NCBI GenBank assembly: GCA_002269645.1
Contig: NIVC01001256.1
Location: 62,001 to 126,000, forward strand
Length of the DNA: 64,000 nt
Origin: Macrostomum lignano
Lineage: Eukaryota
Direction of reading: 5' to 3'
Shown here: in pieces, positions 1 to 11,804 of the stretch
How the letters are laid out: the number at the start of each line of letters is the position of its first letter
How positions within the stretch are numbered: position 1 is the stretch's first letter
Translations under genes and position numbers: made by a program
Notes under the pieces: generated by a model
Told to the model about the DNA's origin: nothing
Seen by the model: the letters and a program-made list of their open reading frames with translations, nothing else
The model's database searches: none

Positions 1-804
1 CTGCTATAACTCTAAGGTAAAAAAACTCACGAAAAGTAGAAATTAATTGTTTCGACTTCCTTCACAAGGCACACAGTAATAATATAATATGATATTAATA
101 AGCTCACTCTAAGAATATTTTAGCAGAGTGCGGTAAACTGGAATCAGTGAGCAGCGAATCGATAAAAATTTATTGAATATTTAAACAATTCTGCAAGAAA
201 ACAAATGAGTTTGGCCGGACGAAAAATTCAGGTGCCAACAGATTTGCAGAGCCCAAACTTTAGTTTATGTACATGCCAGCGGCTCTTTCGCAACCAGCGC
301 TACTTGTAAGTAGAGTAGTTGGAGTGCCCGCGCCGAACTAAAAAAATAATAGAAATTTTGCTAAGCAGTCGGTTTGAAAGATTGCAAAAATTTTAATGCT
401 AATACAGGTAGATAGGCGCAAATAACATAATAAGATAATTATGATTTTAATAAAGTCTAATAAGATCGACTTACACGAACATAATAACCACATCTGTTGC
501 AGCGGATCTACAGTAGATGAAGGGACATCCATACATGTATACATGTACATGTACACAACGCAGGCATGAATAAGAAGTTACCTTAATCCATAAAATTTCT
601 AAATTTAACAGTTATCGAAATCGGAAACCAGCGCTTTGCAGAGCATTTTGAAAGCAGAAAAATGTGAGCCATGGCAGTCCAGGGACGCGAAATTACAGCT
701 TGCATCTACAAGTAAAAACAAAACAACAACACAAGTCGCGGGGTTTCAACCCGCATTCAATTCAGGCAGCAGGCGAACGCAGACTTCTAGAGCAGCAACT
801 CGAA

Positions 805-3800
805 TCAGTCCTTGGGCCCCTGGTAATAGGAGCAGCGCACCTTGGCGTCCCAGCCGGCGGACAGCAGGCGCTGCGAGTCGAACGGATGCCAGCTGACGTC
901 GCGGACTGGCGCGTTGCCGTGGGCGCCAGGCAAACGGCGCAGCAGGCGGCCGCTCAGGCAGTCCCAGATCAGCACGTCGCCGTTGGCTGAGCCCGCGTAC
1001 ACGTAGCGCTGGCCGGTGGTGGCCTGGGGAGAGAAGCGGGCCCTCAGCAGGGTGCGGGACACCACGTGGCCGGTGAGGGTGGCCAGGCTCGGATCGTCTG
1101 ACAGCGGCGTCGAGTCGAATTGCGGCACGGACTGGTAGCGGTAGTCGAACTGGTGGCTGGGGCGGGAGCGGTTTGGTTCGGTCCAGTTGATTCTTCAACT
1201 CAACTGCACCCTCCCAGATGCTCTCAAACTCAACTGCACCCTCCCAGATGCTCTCAAACTCAACTGCACCCTCCCAGATGCTCTCAAACTCAACTGCACC
1301 CTCCCAGATGCTCTCAAACTCAACTGCACCCTCCCAGATGCTCTCAAACTCAACTGCACCCTCCCAGATGCTCTCAAACTCAACTGCACCCTCCCAGATG
1401 CTCTCAAACTCAACTGCACCCTCCCAGATGCTCTCAAACTCAACTGCACCCTCCCAGATGCTCTCAAACTCAACTGCACCCTCCCAGATGCTCTCAAACT
1501 CAACTGCACCCTCCCAGATGCTCTCAAACTCAACTGCACCCTCCCAGATGCTCTCAAACTCAACTGCACCCTCCCAGATGCTCTCAAACTCAACTGCACC
1601 CTCCCAGATGCTCTCAAACTCAACTGCACCCTCTCAGATGCTCTCTAACGCAACTGCAACCTCCCAGATGCTCTCTAACTCAACTGCACCCTCTCAGATG
1701 CTCTCAAACTCAACTGCACCCTCCCAGATGCTCTCAAACTCAACTGCACCCTCCCAGATGCTCTCAAACTCAACTGCACCCTCCCAGATGCTCTCAAACT
1801 CAACTGCACCCTCCCAGATGCTCTCAAACTCAACTGCACACTCCCAGATGCTCTCAAACTCAACTGCACCCTCCCAGATGCTCTCAAACTCAACTGCACC
1901 CTCCCAGATGCTCTCAAACTCAACTGCACCCTCCCAGATGCTCTCAAACTCAACTGCACCCTCCCAGATGCTCTCAAACTCAACTGCACCCTCCCAGATG
2001 CTCTCAAACTCAACTGCACCCTCCCAGATGCTCTCAAACTCAACTGCACCCTCCCAGATGCTCTCAAACTCAACTGCACCCTCCCAGATGCTCTCAAACT
2101 CAACTGCACCCTCCCAGATGCTCTCAAACTCAACTGCACCCTCCCAGATGCTCTCAAACTCAACTGCACCCTCCCAGATGCTCTCAAACTCAACTGCACC
2201 CTCCCAGATGCTCTCAAACTCAACTGCACCCTCCCAGATGCTCTCAAACTCAACTGCACCCTCCCAGATGCTCTCAAACTCAACTGCACCCTCCCAGATG
2301 CTCTCAAACTCAACTGCACCCTCTCAGATGCTCTCTAACGCAACTGCAACCTCCCAGATGCTCTCTAACTCAACTGCACCCTCTCAGATGCTCTCAAACT
2401 CAACTGCACCCTCCCAGATGCTCTCAAACTCAACTGCACCCTCCCAGATGCTCTCAAACTCAACTGCACCCTCCCAGATGCTCTCAAACTCAACTGCACC
2501 CTCCCAGATGCTCTCAAACTCAACTGCACACTCCCAGATGCTCTCAAACTCAACTGCACCCTCCCAGATGCTCTCAAACTCATCTGCACCCTCCCAGATG
2601 CTCTCAAACTCAACTGCACCCTCCCAGATGCTCTCAAACTCAACTGCACCCTCCCAGATGCTCTCAAACTCAACTGCACCCTCCCAGATGCTCTCAAACT
2701 CAACTGCACCCTCCCAGATGCTCTCAAACTCAACTGCACCCTCCCAGATGCTCTCAAACTCAACTGCACCCTCTCAGATGCTCTCTAACGCAACTGCAAC
2801 CTCCCAGATGCTCTCTAACTCAACTGCACCCTCTCAGATGCTCTCAAACTCAACTGCACCCTCCCAGATGCTCTCAAACTCAACTGCACCCTCCCAGATG
2901 CTCTCAAACTCAACTGCACCCTCCCAGATGCTCTCAAACTCAACTGCACCCTCCCAGATGCTCTCAAACTCAACTGCACACTCCCAGATGCTCTCAAACT
3001 CAACTGCACCCTCCCAGATGCTCTCAAACTCATCTGCACCCTCCCAGATGCTCTCAAACTCAACTGCACCCTCCCAGATGCTCTCAAACTCATCTGCACC
3101 CTCCCAGATGCTCTCAAACTCAACTGCACCCTCCCAGATGCTCTCAAACTCAACTGCACCCTCCCAGATGCTCTCAAACTCAACTGCACCCTCTCAGATG
3201 CTCTCAAACTCAACTGCACCCTCCCAGATGCTCTCAAACTCATCTGCACCCTCCCAGATGCTCTCAAACTCAACTGCACCCTCCCAGATGCTCTCTAACT
3301 CAACTGCACCCTCCCAGATGTACTCAAACTCAACTGCACCCTCCCAGATCCTCACAAACTCAACTGCACCCTCCAGAATCCTCAAACTCAACTTTGCCCG
3401 GGCAGATACTCAAAGCCACGCCTTACCCAGCCACTTTTCTGCGACACTCGTTAGTGAAATTGTTGGAGGCCGGGCGCCGCAGATCCCACAGCTTGATGCT
3501 CTGATCCTTGCTGTTGCTGAGGAAGTGCCGGCCGTCCTGCCTGCTGTCCAGATAGACAACTCCGCATTGGTGCCCGCTGAACATGGCGGCCGGAGGCGCA
3601 GTTGACGCGGACCGGAGGCAGCGCAGGTCCCACAATTTGATGATGCCGTCGTCGCCGGAGCTGAGCAGCAGATTCGAGCCCCGGCCGCCGTCGGCCCAGC
3701 AGACGGTGTTGACATCGTTGTGATGCCTGGCCGGGTACCACATGGGCCGGCGCATGGCCAGGTCGTACAGGCAGAGGGAGCCGCCGTTGCATCCCACAAC

Positions 3801-6800
3801 GAGCAGGTCGCCGCAGGAGGACCAGCGGTGGCAGAACATGCCCCTGCTGGGCCCAGGGGTGTGGAATTGGGATTTATTGCGGACACTCTGAGAGTAGCTC
3901 GGCATGCCTGAGCCTAAGCATGCGGGTTTTGGATTATGAAAGTGAAATTCGGGATATTGAGATTGGAGGATGATGGAATCTGAAATTTAGGATGATTGAA
4001 TTTCAAACAGGGAATTCGGGATGATTGGGATTGGGGAATTCGGGATGATTGGGATTGGGGAATTCGGGATGATTGGGATTGGGGAATTCGGGATGATTGG
4101 GATTGGGGAATTCGGGATGATTGGGATTGGGGAATTCGGGATGATTGGGATTGGGGAAATGGGACGATTGGGATTGGGGAAATCGGGATGATTGGGATTG
4201 GGGAAATCGGGATGATTGGGATTGGGGAAATCGGGATGATTGGGATTGGGGAATTCGGGATGATTGGGATTGGGAAATTCGGGATGATTGGGATTGGGAA
4301 ATCGGGATGATTGGGATTGGGGAATTCGGGATGATTGAGATTGGGGAAATCGGGATGATTGGGATTGGGGAAATCGGGATGATTGGGATTGGGGAAATCG
4401 GGATGATTGAGATTGGGGAAATCGGGATGATTGGGATTGGGGAAATCGGGATGATTGGGATTGGGGAATTCGGGATGATTGGGATTGGGAAATTCGGGAT
4501 GATTGGGATTGGGAAATTCGGGATGATTGGGATTGGGAAATTCGGGATGATTGGGATTGGGAAATTCGGGATGATTGGGATTGGGAATTTCGGGATGATT
4601 GGGATTGGGAAATTCGGGATGATTGGGATTGGGAATGATTGGGATTGGGAAATCGGGATGATTGGGATTGGGAATGATTGGGATTGGGAAATCGGGATGA
4701 TTGGGATTGGGAATGATTGGGATTGGGAAATCGGGATGATTGGGATTGGGAAATCGGGATGATTTCAAAAGTGGAAAATAAGAAAGTGAAAAACAAGGAA
4801 ATAAAAGATAATCAATCCCAGGTGCTAAGCTGCAAGACCCGCACACACCTGTAGGCGCCTTCGTCCGCATCGTCAGCGCTGAGCAGTGACAGCGGCTCGT
4901 GCAGGTCGGAGTGAACGCCAACCAGCTGCAGACAGTGAGACCAGCTACTGTACACCAGGTGATGGCCGGTCGGACTTAAAGACAGGTCAAGTACGCTCCA
5001 GCCAACGTCCCGGGCGAGCACCTGACACAGGATGGAAATGACAAATTTGACTAAACAGCTGAGAAGTGAAATTCCACCTTGAAAATTCCATTTGATGCTC
5101 CAGAATTGAGAGATTCGAGTGCGTACCAGCCTCCACAGTGAAAACGGTACCTACCGAGGCCAGTAGGCGCCCCAGTGTCACTTGCGTCGCCCAAAGTTGA
5201 TGCAAAGTCTTGGGCGACGCAAGTGACACTGGCGCGACGGTATAGCGACTCTGGGGCCGTAGAGTATTTGAGGCGTGCTGGAGTCGCTTGATGAATTAGA
5301 CTCACATCTCTAGCGAAAGTTAAGCACCAACACGACACGCCAATAAAAGTGCACGTACGATCCCGGTCGCTGGGATTTTGTTTTCGTTGGAATTATAAAT
5401 CCAGTTGCTTAGCTGGAACCTGGGGTTCAAAACTGGGACTTATGGAAGCCTGTCTGAGCTTTGTTGTTGAGTAATTACTGTATAGTTGCTGAAAATTTGC
5501 CTTCGATGTCGAAAATTAAGTCAAAAAATGGCAATTTTAACCATGGGCCACTCAGCACATTTGCGTGTAAGTCACCTGCAGTTAGGAGTGAGTTTAATAT
5601 AAGTACTTTTTTATTTAAAGACAGACTCGTTTATTGGCCCCCTGATCCCCTTAGATTACCCACCCGTCAAAGTCAATTGAATTGCTATTCTTTTCATATA
5701 AAAAAGCTTTCCCATTCTTGCTTGCTACTGAAAGTAGAAAAGCAGCATTTCAAGTCCGAAATTTCAACTCACCGACTTGAGCGGCCGAAAATTTCCTTCA
5801 CGCGTGTCGAACAGCCGGATTGGCGAGTTGGTGCCCTGCGCCGCGCACATGAACACGTCGCCTGGCTCGGAGAACAGGCCGCAAAAGAAGAAGCTGCGAC
5901 CCTTCAGCACTACCCGGGTGTTGTTGGGCAGGTGCTGGTGCGCCAGGTGGTAGCGCTGCTTGGCGCCAAAACTGAGACACCGGTTCAGCGCCACGTTTGC
6001 CACGGAAACTCGAGAGGCGCCACCTCCGCGAGCGGCCGCATCGCTGGCTGAGCTGGACTCGGCGGGGCCGGCGGCAGAGGTGCAGGAATTGAAGGGGAAG
6101 CAGAAGGATATGCCGCCTGCTTTTTGCCCGGCTGCGTGCGAGTGGCTGCAGCTCTCGGCCGCTCCGCCGCTGGAGTCCAGCAGCAGCCGGTGAACGCTGT
6201 GTCGGAGGCGGCTGTTTGCGAAGTCGGCCGCCAAACGCGGCGGAGCATCGTGCAGGCGGCTACGGGAGCGGGTCGCGTAGGCGCTGTCGCGACCGCTGAG
6301 GGTTGCGAGCGGCGGTGGCTCAGTGAGTGCTATGAGGCATCAGCTGGGGAGAGTCAACTGAGGGTCAGCCCAGGTCACGAGTCAACTAGTGAAGGGTCAG
6401 CTCAGGTCATGAGTCAACTAGTGAAGGGTCAGTCAAGGTCATGAGTCAACTGGTGAAGGGTCAGTCAAGGTCATGAGTCAACTAGTGAAGGGTCAGTCCA
6501 GGTCATGAGTCAACTGGTGAAGGGTCAGTCAAGGTCATGAGTCAACTAGTGAAGGGTCAGTCAAGGTCATCATGAGTCAACTAGTGAAGGGACAGTCAGT
6601 CCAGGTCATGAGTCAACTAGTGAAGGACGAACAAGGTCATGAGTCAACTAGTGAAGGGACAGTCAAGGTAATGAGTCAACTAGTGAAGGGACAGTCCAGG
6701 TCACGAGTCAACTAGTGAAGCGTCAGCTAAGGTCACGAGTCAACTAGTGAAGGGTCAGCTAAGGTCACGAGTCAACTAGTGAAGGGTCAGCTCAGGTCAT

Positions 6801-7073
6801 GAGTCAACTAGTGAAGGGTCAGCTCAGGTCATGAGTCAACTAGTGAAGGGACGGTCAAGGTCACGAGTCAACTAGTGAAGGGTCATTTAAACTCATGAGT
6901 CAACTAGTGAAGGCACATTCAAGGTCACAAATCAAGGGTCAACAGCGCCAGCATAAAACTCACAGCAGGTGCAGCAGCGACTCAATGCCGGGATGATCGA
7001 AGCTGTTATCGCTGTCATCGCTCTCGTCTGACACGAGCTCAACATTATCGTCAATTTCCAACCGTCTGTGCAT
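805..7073 (-). CDS. DCAF11: DDB1- and CUL4-associated factor 11 (WDR23/LEC14B family), WD40 protein, ~524 aa; exons 7073-6964, 6295-5773 (acceptor least certain), 5021-4849, 3843-3427, 1156-805
   Basis: The spliced translation gives family motifs FCGLFSEPGDVFMCAAQG, KSVLARDVGWSVLD, YSSWS, HHNDVNTV, SGDDGIIKLWDLR, SNSKDQSIKLWDLR (two WDxR boxes), FDYRYQSVP, GHVVSRTLLRARFSP and VRDVSWHPF. All introns are GT..AG with consistent phases (110+523+173+417+352=1575 nt). Confidence 0.92.
1196..3392. repeat. 30-bp minisatellite (CAACTGCACCCTCCCAGATGCTCTCAAACT) x ~73, filling DCAF11 intron 4
   Basis: Exact 30-nt periodicity is visible line by line, and the array lies between splice sites at 1157 and 3426. 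Confidence 0.98.
3960..4762. repeat. 23-24-bp G-rich minisatellite (GGGATGATTGGGATTGGGGAATTC) in DCAF11 intron 3
   Basis: Direct tandem repeats with variant units. Confidence 0.96.
6350..6925. repeat. ~32-bp minisatellite (GAGTCAACTAGTGAAGGGTCAGTCAAGGTCAT) in DCAF11 intron 1
   Basis: About 18 diverged tandem units. Confidence 0.95.
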
Positions 7074-7535
7074 GTCAGGAGGTGTCGCTGGAAATGACAG
7101 ACCAAGTATTATTGGAAAAAAATTGTTAGAATAAATAAAACAAATAAAAGGATTTTGACTCAACTACTGTAGACCCTATAAAGGATTTATTTGAGAACTG
7201 AGAACAGCAATGATTCTTGATGAGTAGCTTTATAATAACAAAGTAAATTTATAATAATAGACATCGGGTCATAAACGCAGCAGTGAGCGTTACGTCAGCA
7301 AATTAACACAAAATTTATTTAATTTTATTGCAGAATGGGAAGAGAAACACGGCCCTCTGTAATCCGGGAACGGGCGGTATCAACTCAGTCACAATTTGGT
7401 CAATGCAAAGGGACAAGAATGCATAAAAGACATCAGAGCCGGGCCAGGAAATGCTTGCAAGCAACCAGGCGATAGGGAAACACACAACAGTTACACTGTA
7501 AGAAATTAAAAATTGTGCAGCTGTGACACCGCAGC

Positions 7536-10500
7536 TCAGCTGAACAGGTCGCCAACACTGGGCAGGGGCGCCAGGCCGCCGGACACAGCGGGCAGGGAGG
7601 CCAGGTCCGGCAGGTTGGCCAGGTGGGAGCTCAGCTCCTTCTGCAGGCTGCGCAGCTCCCGCAGTCGGCGCCGCTGGTCCTCAAGCCGGCGCTGACCGGT
7701 GGCCAGGGCGGCACGCTGCTGGCGGCAGTAGGCGCGCAGGTCCGAGTGGAAGCCGCGGCGCCGCGCCACCTCGCTGGATAGCTGGGCGTTGTAGGCGGAG
7801 CAGACTTCGTCCGCCTGCGTCACCTCGCGGAGCAGCCGCTGGCAGTCTCGCCGGTTTTTGCAGGCGTCCACGGAGGCCTCCTCGACGATGTGCTTCGGGA
7901 AGCGAGATATTCGACGCCGCATCTCGGCGCTGCCGCTGGGTGCGGCGGCCAGGAACTGCAGCTCGGCGAGGATCTGCTCCGAGTCCGGCTGCTCTTCCGC
8001 CGCTTCGGCCTCGGCGGCCGCGGCAGCCGCTTCCCGGGCCTCGGCCAGGCCGGCACGGAGTGCCGACGCCGACGCAGCGACACCGGCGCCGCCGCCGTAG
8101 CCGGTGGCGATGGCCGAACCGACGCCCACACCGTTGTTGTCATCGTCGTCATCGCTGCCGACGCCGGCGTCCCGCAGTGCCGGGCTGACGGGACCCTCCT
8201 GCCCGCTGTCGTCGCTGTCACCCTCTTCTTCGTTCGGCAGATCGTCGTCATCGTCCTGCCCGACGGCCACCCCGACGGCCACTGTCGCCGGAGCTGCTGC
8301 CGATGCGGCGCTGTCGGTGCCGGTCGACGCTGACGCGGTTTTGCCTTCGCTCTGCCGGCCGGCATTGCGTGGCGCGAATTTGTCCAGAATCTGGCGGCAG
8401 CACTGCAGCTGGTCGGGCTCGAACACGTGCCGCTCGTGCCAGATGCGGACCAGCCGGTCCAGGCTGGCCATCACCTTGGCGTCGGCCGCCTTGGCGCAGT
8501 CCTTCATGGCGTGGGACAGCACGGCGCTGAACACGCGTAGGAACTCAGGGCCCTGCTTGCGGCTGTTCTGCACAACATCGTTCATCAGGTAGAGCAGGGT
8601 CAGCTTCCGCTTTCGGTGCACTGTCAATGGGTGAGGGGGTGGGCCTAAATTACATAAGTGCATATATGTGACATTACTATTTCTATAGCCAATGCTTCAT
8701 CAAAACAGACATTTTTGAGGCTTACTTCTTCACTAGCAAACAATCCTTGTACAAGCTATATATTGGTTTTGTCAGCCTAACTGAGAATAAAGCCATCCAA
8801 AGTGAGAATCCTGCCTACGCTGACTGCGAAGGGCCTGGCTGCGTGCAGCCTAGTCTATGAGCCATAGACTATAAAGTAAAAGCAAAATAAAAGAATACGA
8901 CGCATAGACCAATCGATTCTCACATTGGATGGCTTTTTATCACTTTGCTTGTCCTTTATTGTCTATGGCCCATAGACTAAGCTGCACGCAGCCAGGCCCT
9001 TCGCAGTCAGCGTAGGCAGGATTCTCACTTTGGATGGCTTTATTCTCAGTTGGCTAAAATCTTAACTGTTGCTCAATTTTGATCCATTAATTGGCAAATA
9101 AACATGCATTCAAAGACTAGGAAGCAACATGCCATCTTTACACTTTGGAGATCCGGGTGCAAAGCAGCTGATATTCATAAGGCAACTCTGAACTACACAT
9201 GGCAACCATTCTGTCAACAAAATGACAATGAACAAGTAGGTGAATGAGTTCAGGGGTGGAAGAACTGACATGAACTAGAACTAAACTGACTGAAGGTCAG
9301 GATACCCTGAGATCCATGCCAGTAGTGGCCTCATCTTGGATCCATTCTTGACTTGATTGATAAAGACTTACTACCAAAGCGTCTGCAAAATCTATCATGC
9401 TTTTTTATCAGAAAGATAATGAATAGGCAACTGAATGAGTCCAAGGGTAGAAAAACTAATGTGAGCAATATGCTAGAGTCAGGATACTATGAGATCTGTG
9501 ATAGTAGCAGCCTAATAGACTGCATTCTTGACTTTATCATTGATCAATGAAGACTGCCACCAAAGCATCTGCAAAATAGCTAATAAACTAGATTATTTAA
9601 AGTCCACAGTTTACAAATGTCTGCAGATGATTCATGTCAAGCTAAGTGCCTATTGGGTTCCCTAATAGCTCACTGAGGATATGAAGCTAGATTGTCTATA
9701 TAGAAAACTTGTGTCTAATGTTCTATAAGTCTATGACTAATCTCCTTTTATTTAAATGCACATATCTCTTAAAATACAAATCTAAATCAATTGCAGTTTA
9801 AATCATTTTTAAAGAGACTTGCCACTTTCAAACAATACCAAACTTATATCAATGCAATATATCAAATGTCTGCTACAAGTAAAAGTAACACTACTTTCTG
9901 GACATTTCTTATAGTACTTACTGTTAAATTCCCTATTGGAATAAATGGACAAAAGGCATTCAACTGTTTATCATAATTTTGGAATTTTCTAATAGCATAT
10001 TGCAGCTAGTAAGCTAAAGTCAAATCAAATATTGTAAATAAAGTTTTTAGGTAAATAGCAAAAGTAATGATTGTCTAATTAAGGCTAATTTTTTGTCATC
10101 TAATTAGTGCTTGTACATGTATTCAATACTAAAATTAATATGTTCTGTGCTATATTTTGTCTTTGAGCTACAATTTTAGGCCCTTTGTTATGTGTTAATA
10201 GGTATTCTATACTTATTTTAATAGGTTAAATTGCTTAGAAAGTGTAAATTTTAAAGAAAAAAAATATATATTAAAATAAAAATACTTATTTATTTAATAG
10301 GCACAGCCTATCATAGTGAATCTGTTATAAACCTGGATGGAATTCTTGCAGAAAAATCACAACGCGTTATACGATTGCGAGAAAAAAATGCAATTTTGCG
10401 TCAAAAAATTGGGAAAAAATGTGTCGCAGAATTTTAGACAAAATTGCTAATTCTTAATATATGCAAAAGTGCGCTTGAGATATTGGATTTTGCAAAAGAT

Positions 10501-11804
10501 AATCCTACTAGCTAAGATCACGAAGAAAAAAAGAATAAAAAGTAAAAACTAAATAAGGCACAAAAGTAAAAATTTGAAAAAAATTCTATAAAAAGTAGAA
10601 ACTCGTAACATTCTCTAACATATGTATTTGGATGTAAATTCAAATCACTACATTTTCTTAGAATGCATTTTTCGTTATTGTCTCGTTATTTCGTTATTTT
10701 GCGACGTGCTAAGTACCAAAATAAAAAATGCGACCAATAAAAAATATTTTGCGCACCATAAAAAAATCGCATAATTCCGTTTGACTTAAGAAATACAAGA
10801 ATTCCATCCTGGGTTATAAATGCTTTTAATATTCTTTACCTTTTAAAAATTATGAAGCCTAAAGCTATTTAACAATAATAACCTATAAAACCTAGATACT
10901 TAAAGATCTTTCAAAATTAAAATAAATCAAAAGAAAAAAGACCCTTAAAAGGTAATCCTACACTTCCATTCGGTAAATTATTTTCACATTTGAATTCGTA
11001 CCACCGAGTCAAATGACGTCGATTGGCAATGTGTCTATGGCCAAAAGTTTGAGCGAACAGAGTTTAAAGGGGTGTCAGTTTAAGGGAGCTGTTGCTTGTG
11101 AGCTGCTTGTTTTATTGAGCTTCAATTTCCCATATCTTCCAGTCTTCATTGCCATGGAGACATGTCCACACCAACACCGTGGAGGGCACATGGGCCCACG
11201 CGAAGCGCAACAACCTTAATGACCTGCAGACACACTCTAAGTGACTATGCGCTCTAACAGACTGCTACCATGTTCCACTGTTTTAGTTTTGTTTGGTTAC
11301 ATTGTTATTTACCACGCCTGTTCAAAATTCAATGTCAAAATAATTTACCGAATGGAAGTGTAGGATTGCCCCTTAAAAATTAATATTTTAATTATTGTAA
11401 AATATAATTAAAAGTGAACTTTCTTGAGTTTTTTAAGCACTTTTATAAATAGAAAGTTTTTTATCTTATCTTGTGTGCCTTATCTGATTTTTTTAAATAG
11501 GCCTAGAAAAGTCAATTTAGAAATTTAATTACCTAATACATGCTAAAAGGGTACAATCTTGAAATACTTGTAACTTGGCCTAGTATTAAAAAATAGCTGA
11601 AATTGTATTTTAGCAGACAGTTTGTTTCAAATTTAAAGGATGATAGTTATACTTACCCTTTTTCAGCTCTTTGTACCACAATTTCCCTACGTGCTTACAT
11701 TTGTTTTTATTCTGAATTAACCAGCTTGACAAATTCTGAATGCTTGCTTGGGTACCATTTAGAGATCCAAGCTTCTCTAAAAATGTCTGATCAAACTGAT
11801 CCAT
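7536..11804 (-). CDS. RPRD1B: Regulation of nuclear pre-mRNA domain-containing protein 1 (RPRD1A/B, CREPT family; Pol II CTD-interacting domain), ~410 aa; exons 11804-11657 and 8620-7536
   Basis: The CID N-terminus TQASIQNLSSWLI joins (G|GTAAGT..ACAG|TG, phase 1) to RKLTLLYLMNDVVQNSRKQGPEF. The C-terminus LPDLASLPAVSGGLAPLPSVGDLFS is the RPRD1 signature. Confidence 0.93.
8774..9055. mobile_element. Foldback MITE (~280 bp) with ~95-bp terminal inverted repeats
   Basis: 8774-8869 is the near-perfect reverse complement of 8961-9055. No clear TSD, so the superfamily is unassigned. Confidence 0.8.
10325..10819. mobile_element. Non-autonomous DNA element with ~24-bp TIRs (TTATAAACCTGGATGGAATTCTTG / CAAGAATTCCATCCTGGGTTATAA)
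   Basis: Inverted terminal match with 2 mismatches and an AT-rich non-coding interior. Confidence 0.6.
10949..11372. mobile_element. Kolobok-like MITE (TTAA TSD, purine-purine termini, ~36-bp TIR)
   Basis: TTAA|AAGGTAATCCTACACTTCCATTCGGTAAATTATTTT ... AAAATAATTTACCGAATGGAAGTGTAGGATTGCCCC|TTAA. Confidence 0.75.

Noticed and set aside
1120-3605. 794- and 795-aa ORFs on + (repeats of SQTQLHPPRC / MLSNSTAPSQ)
   Set aside because: These are stop-free frames of a 30-bp minisatellite lying antisense within DCAF11 intron 4, with no non-repetitive domain.
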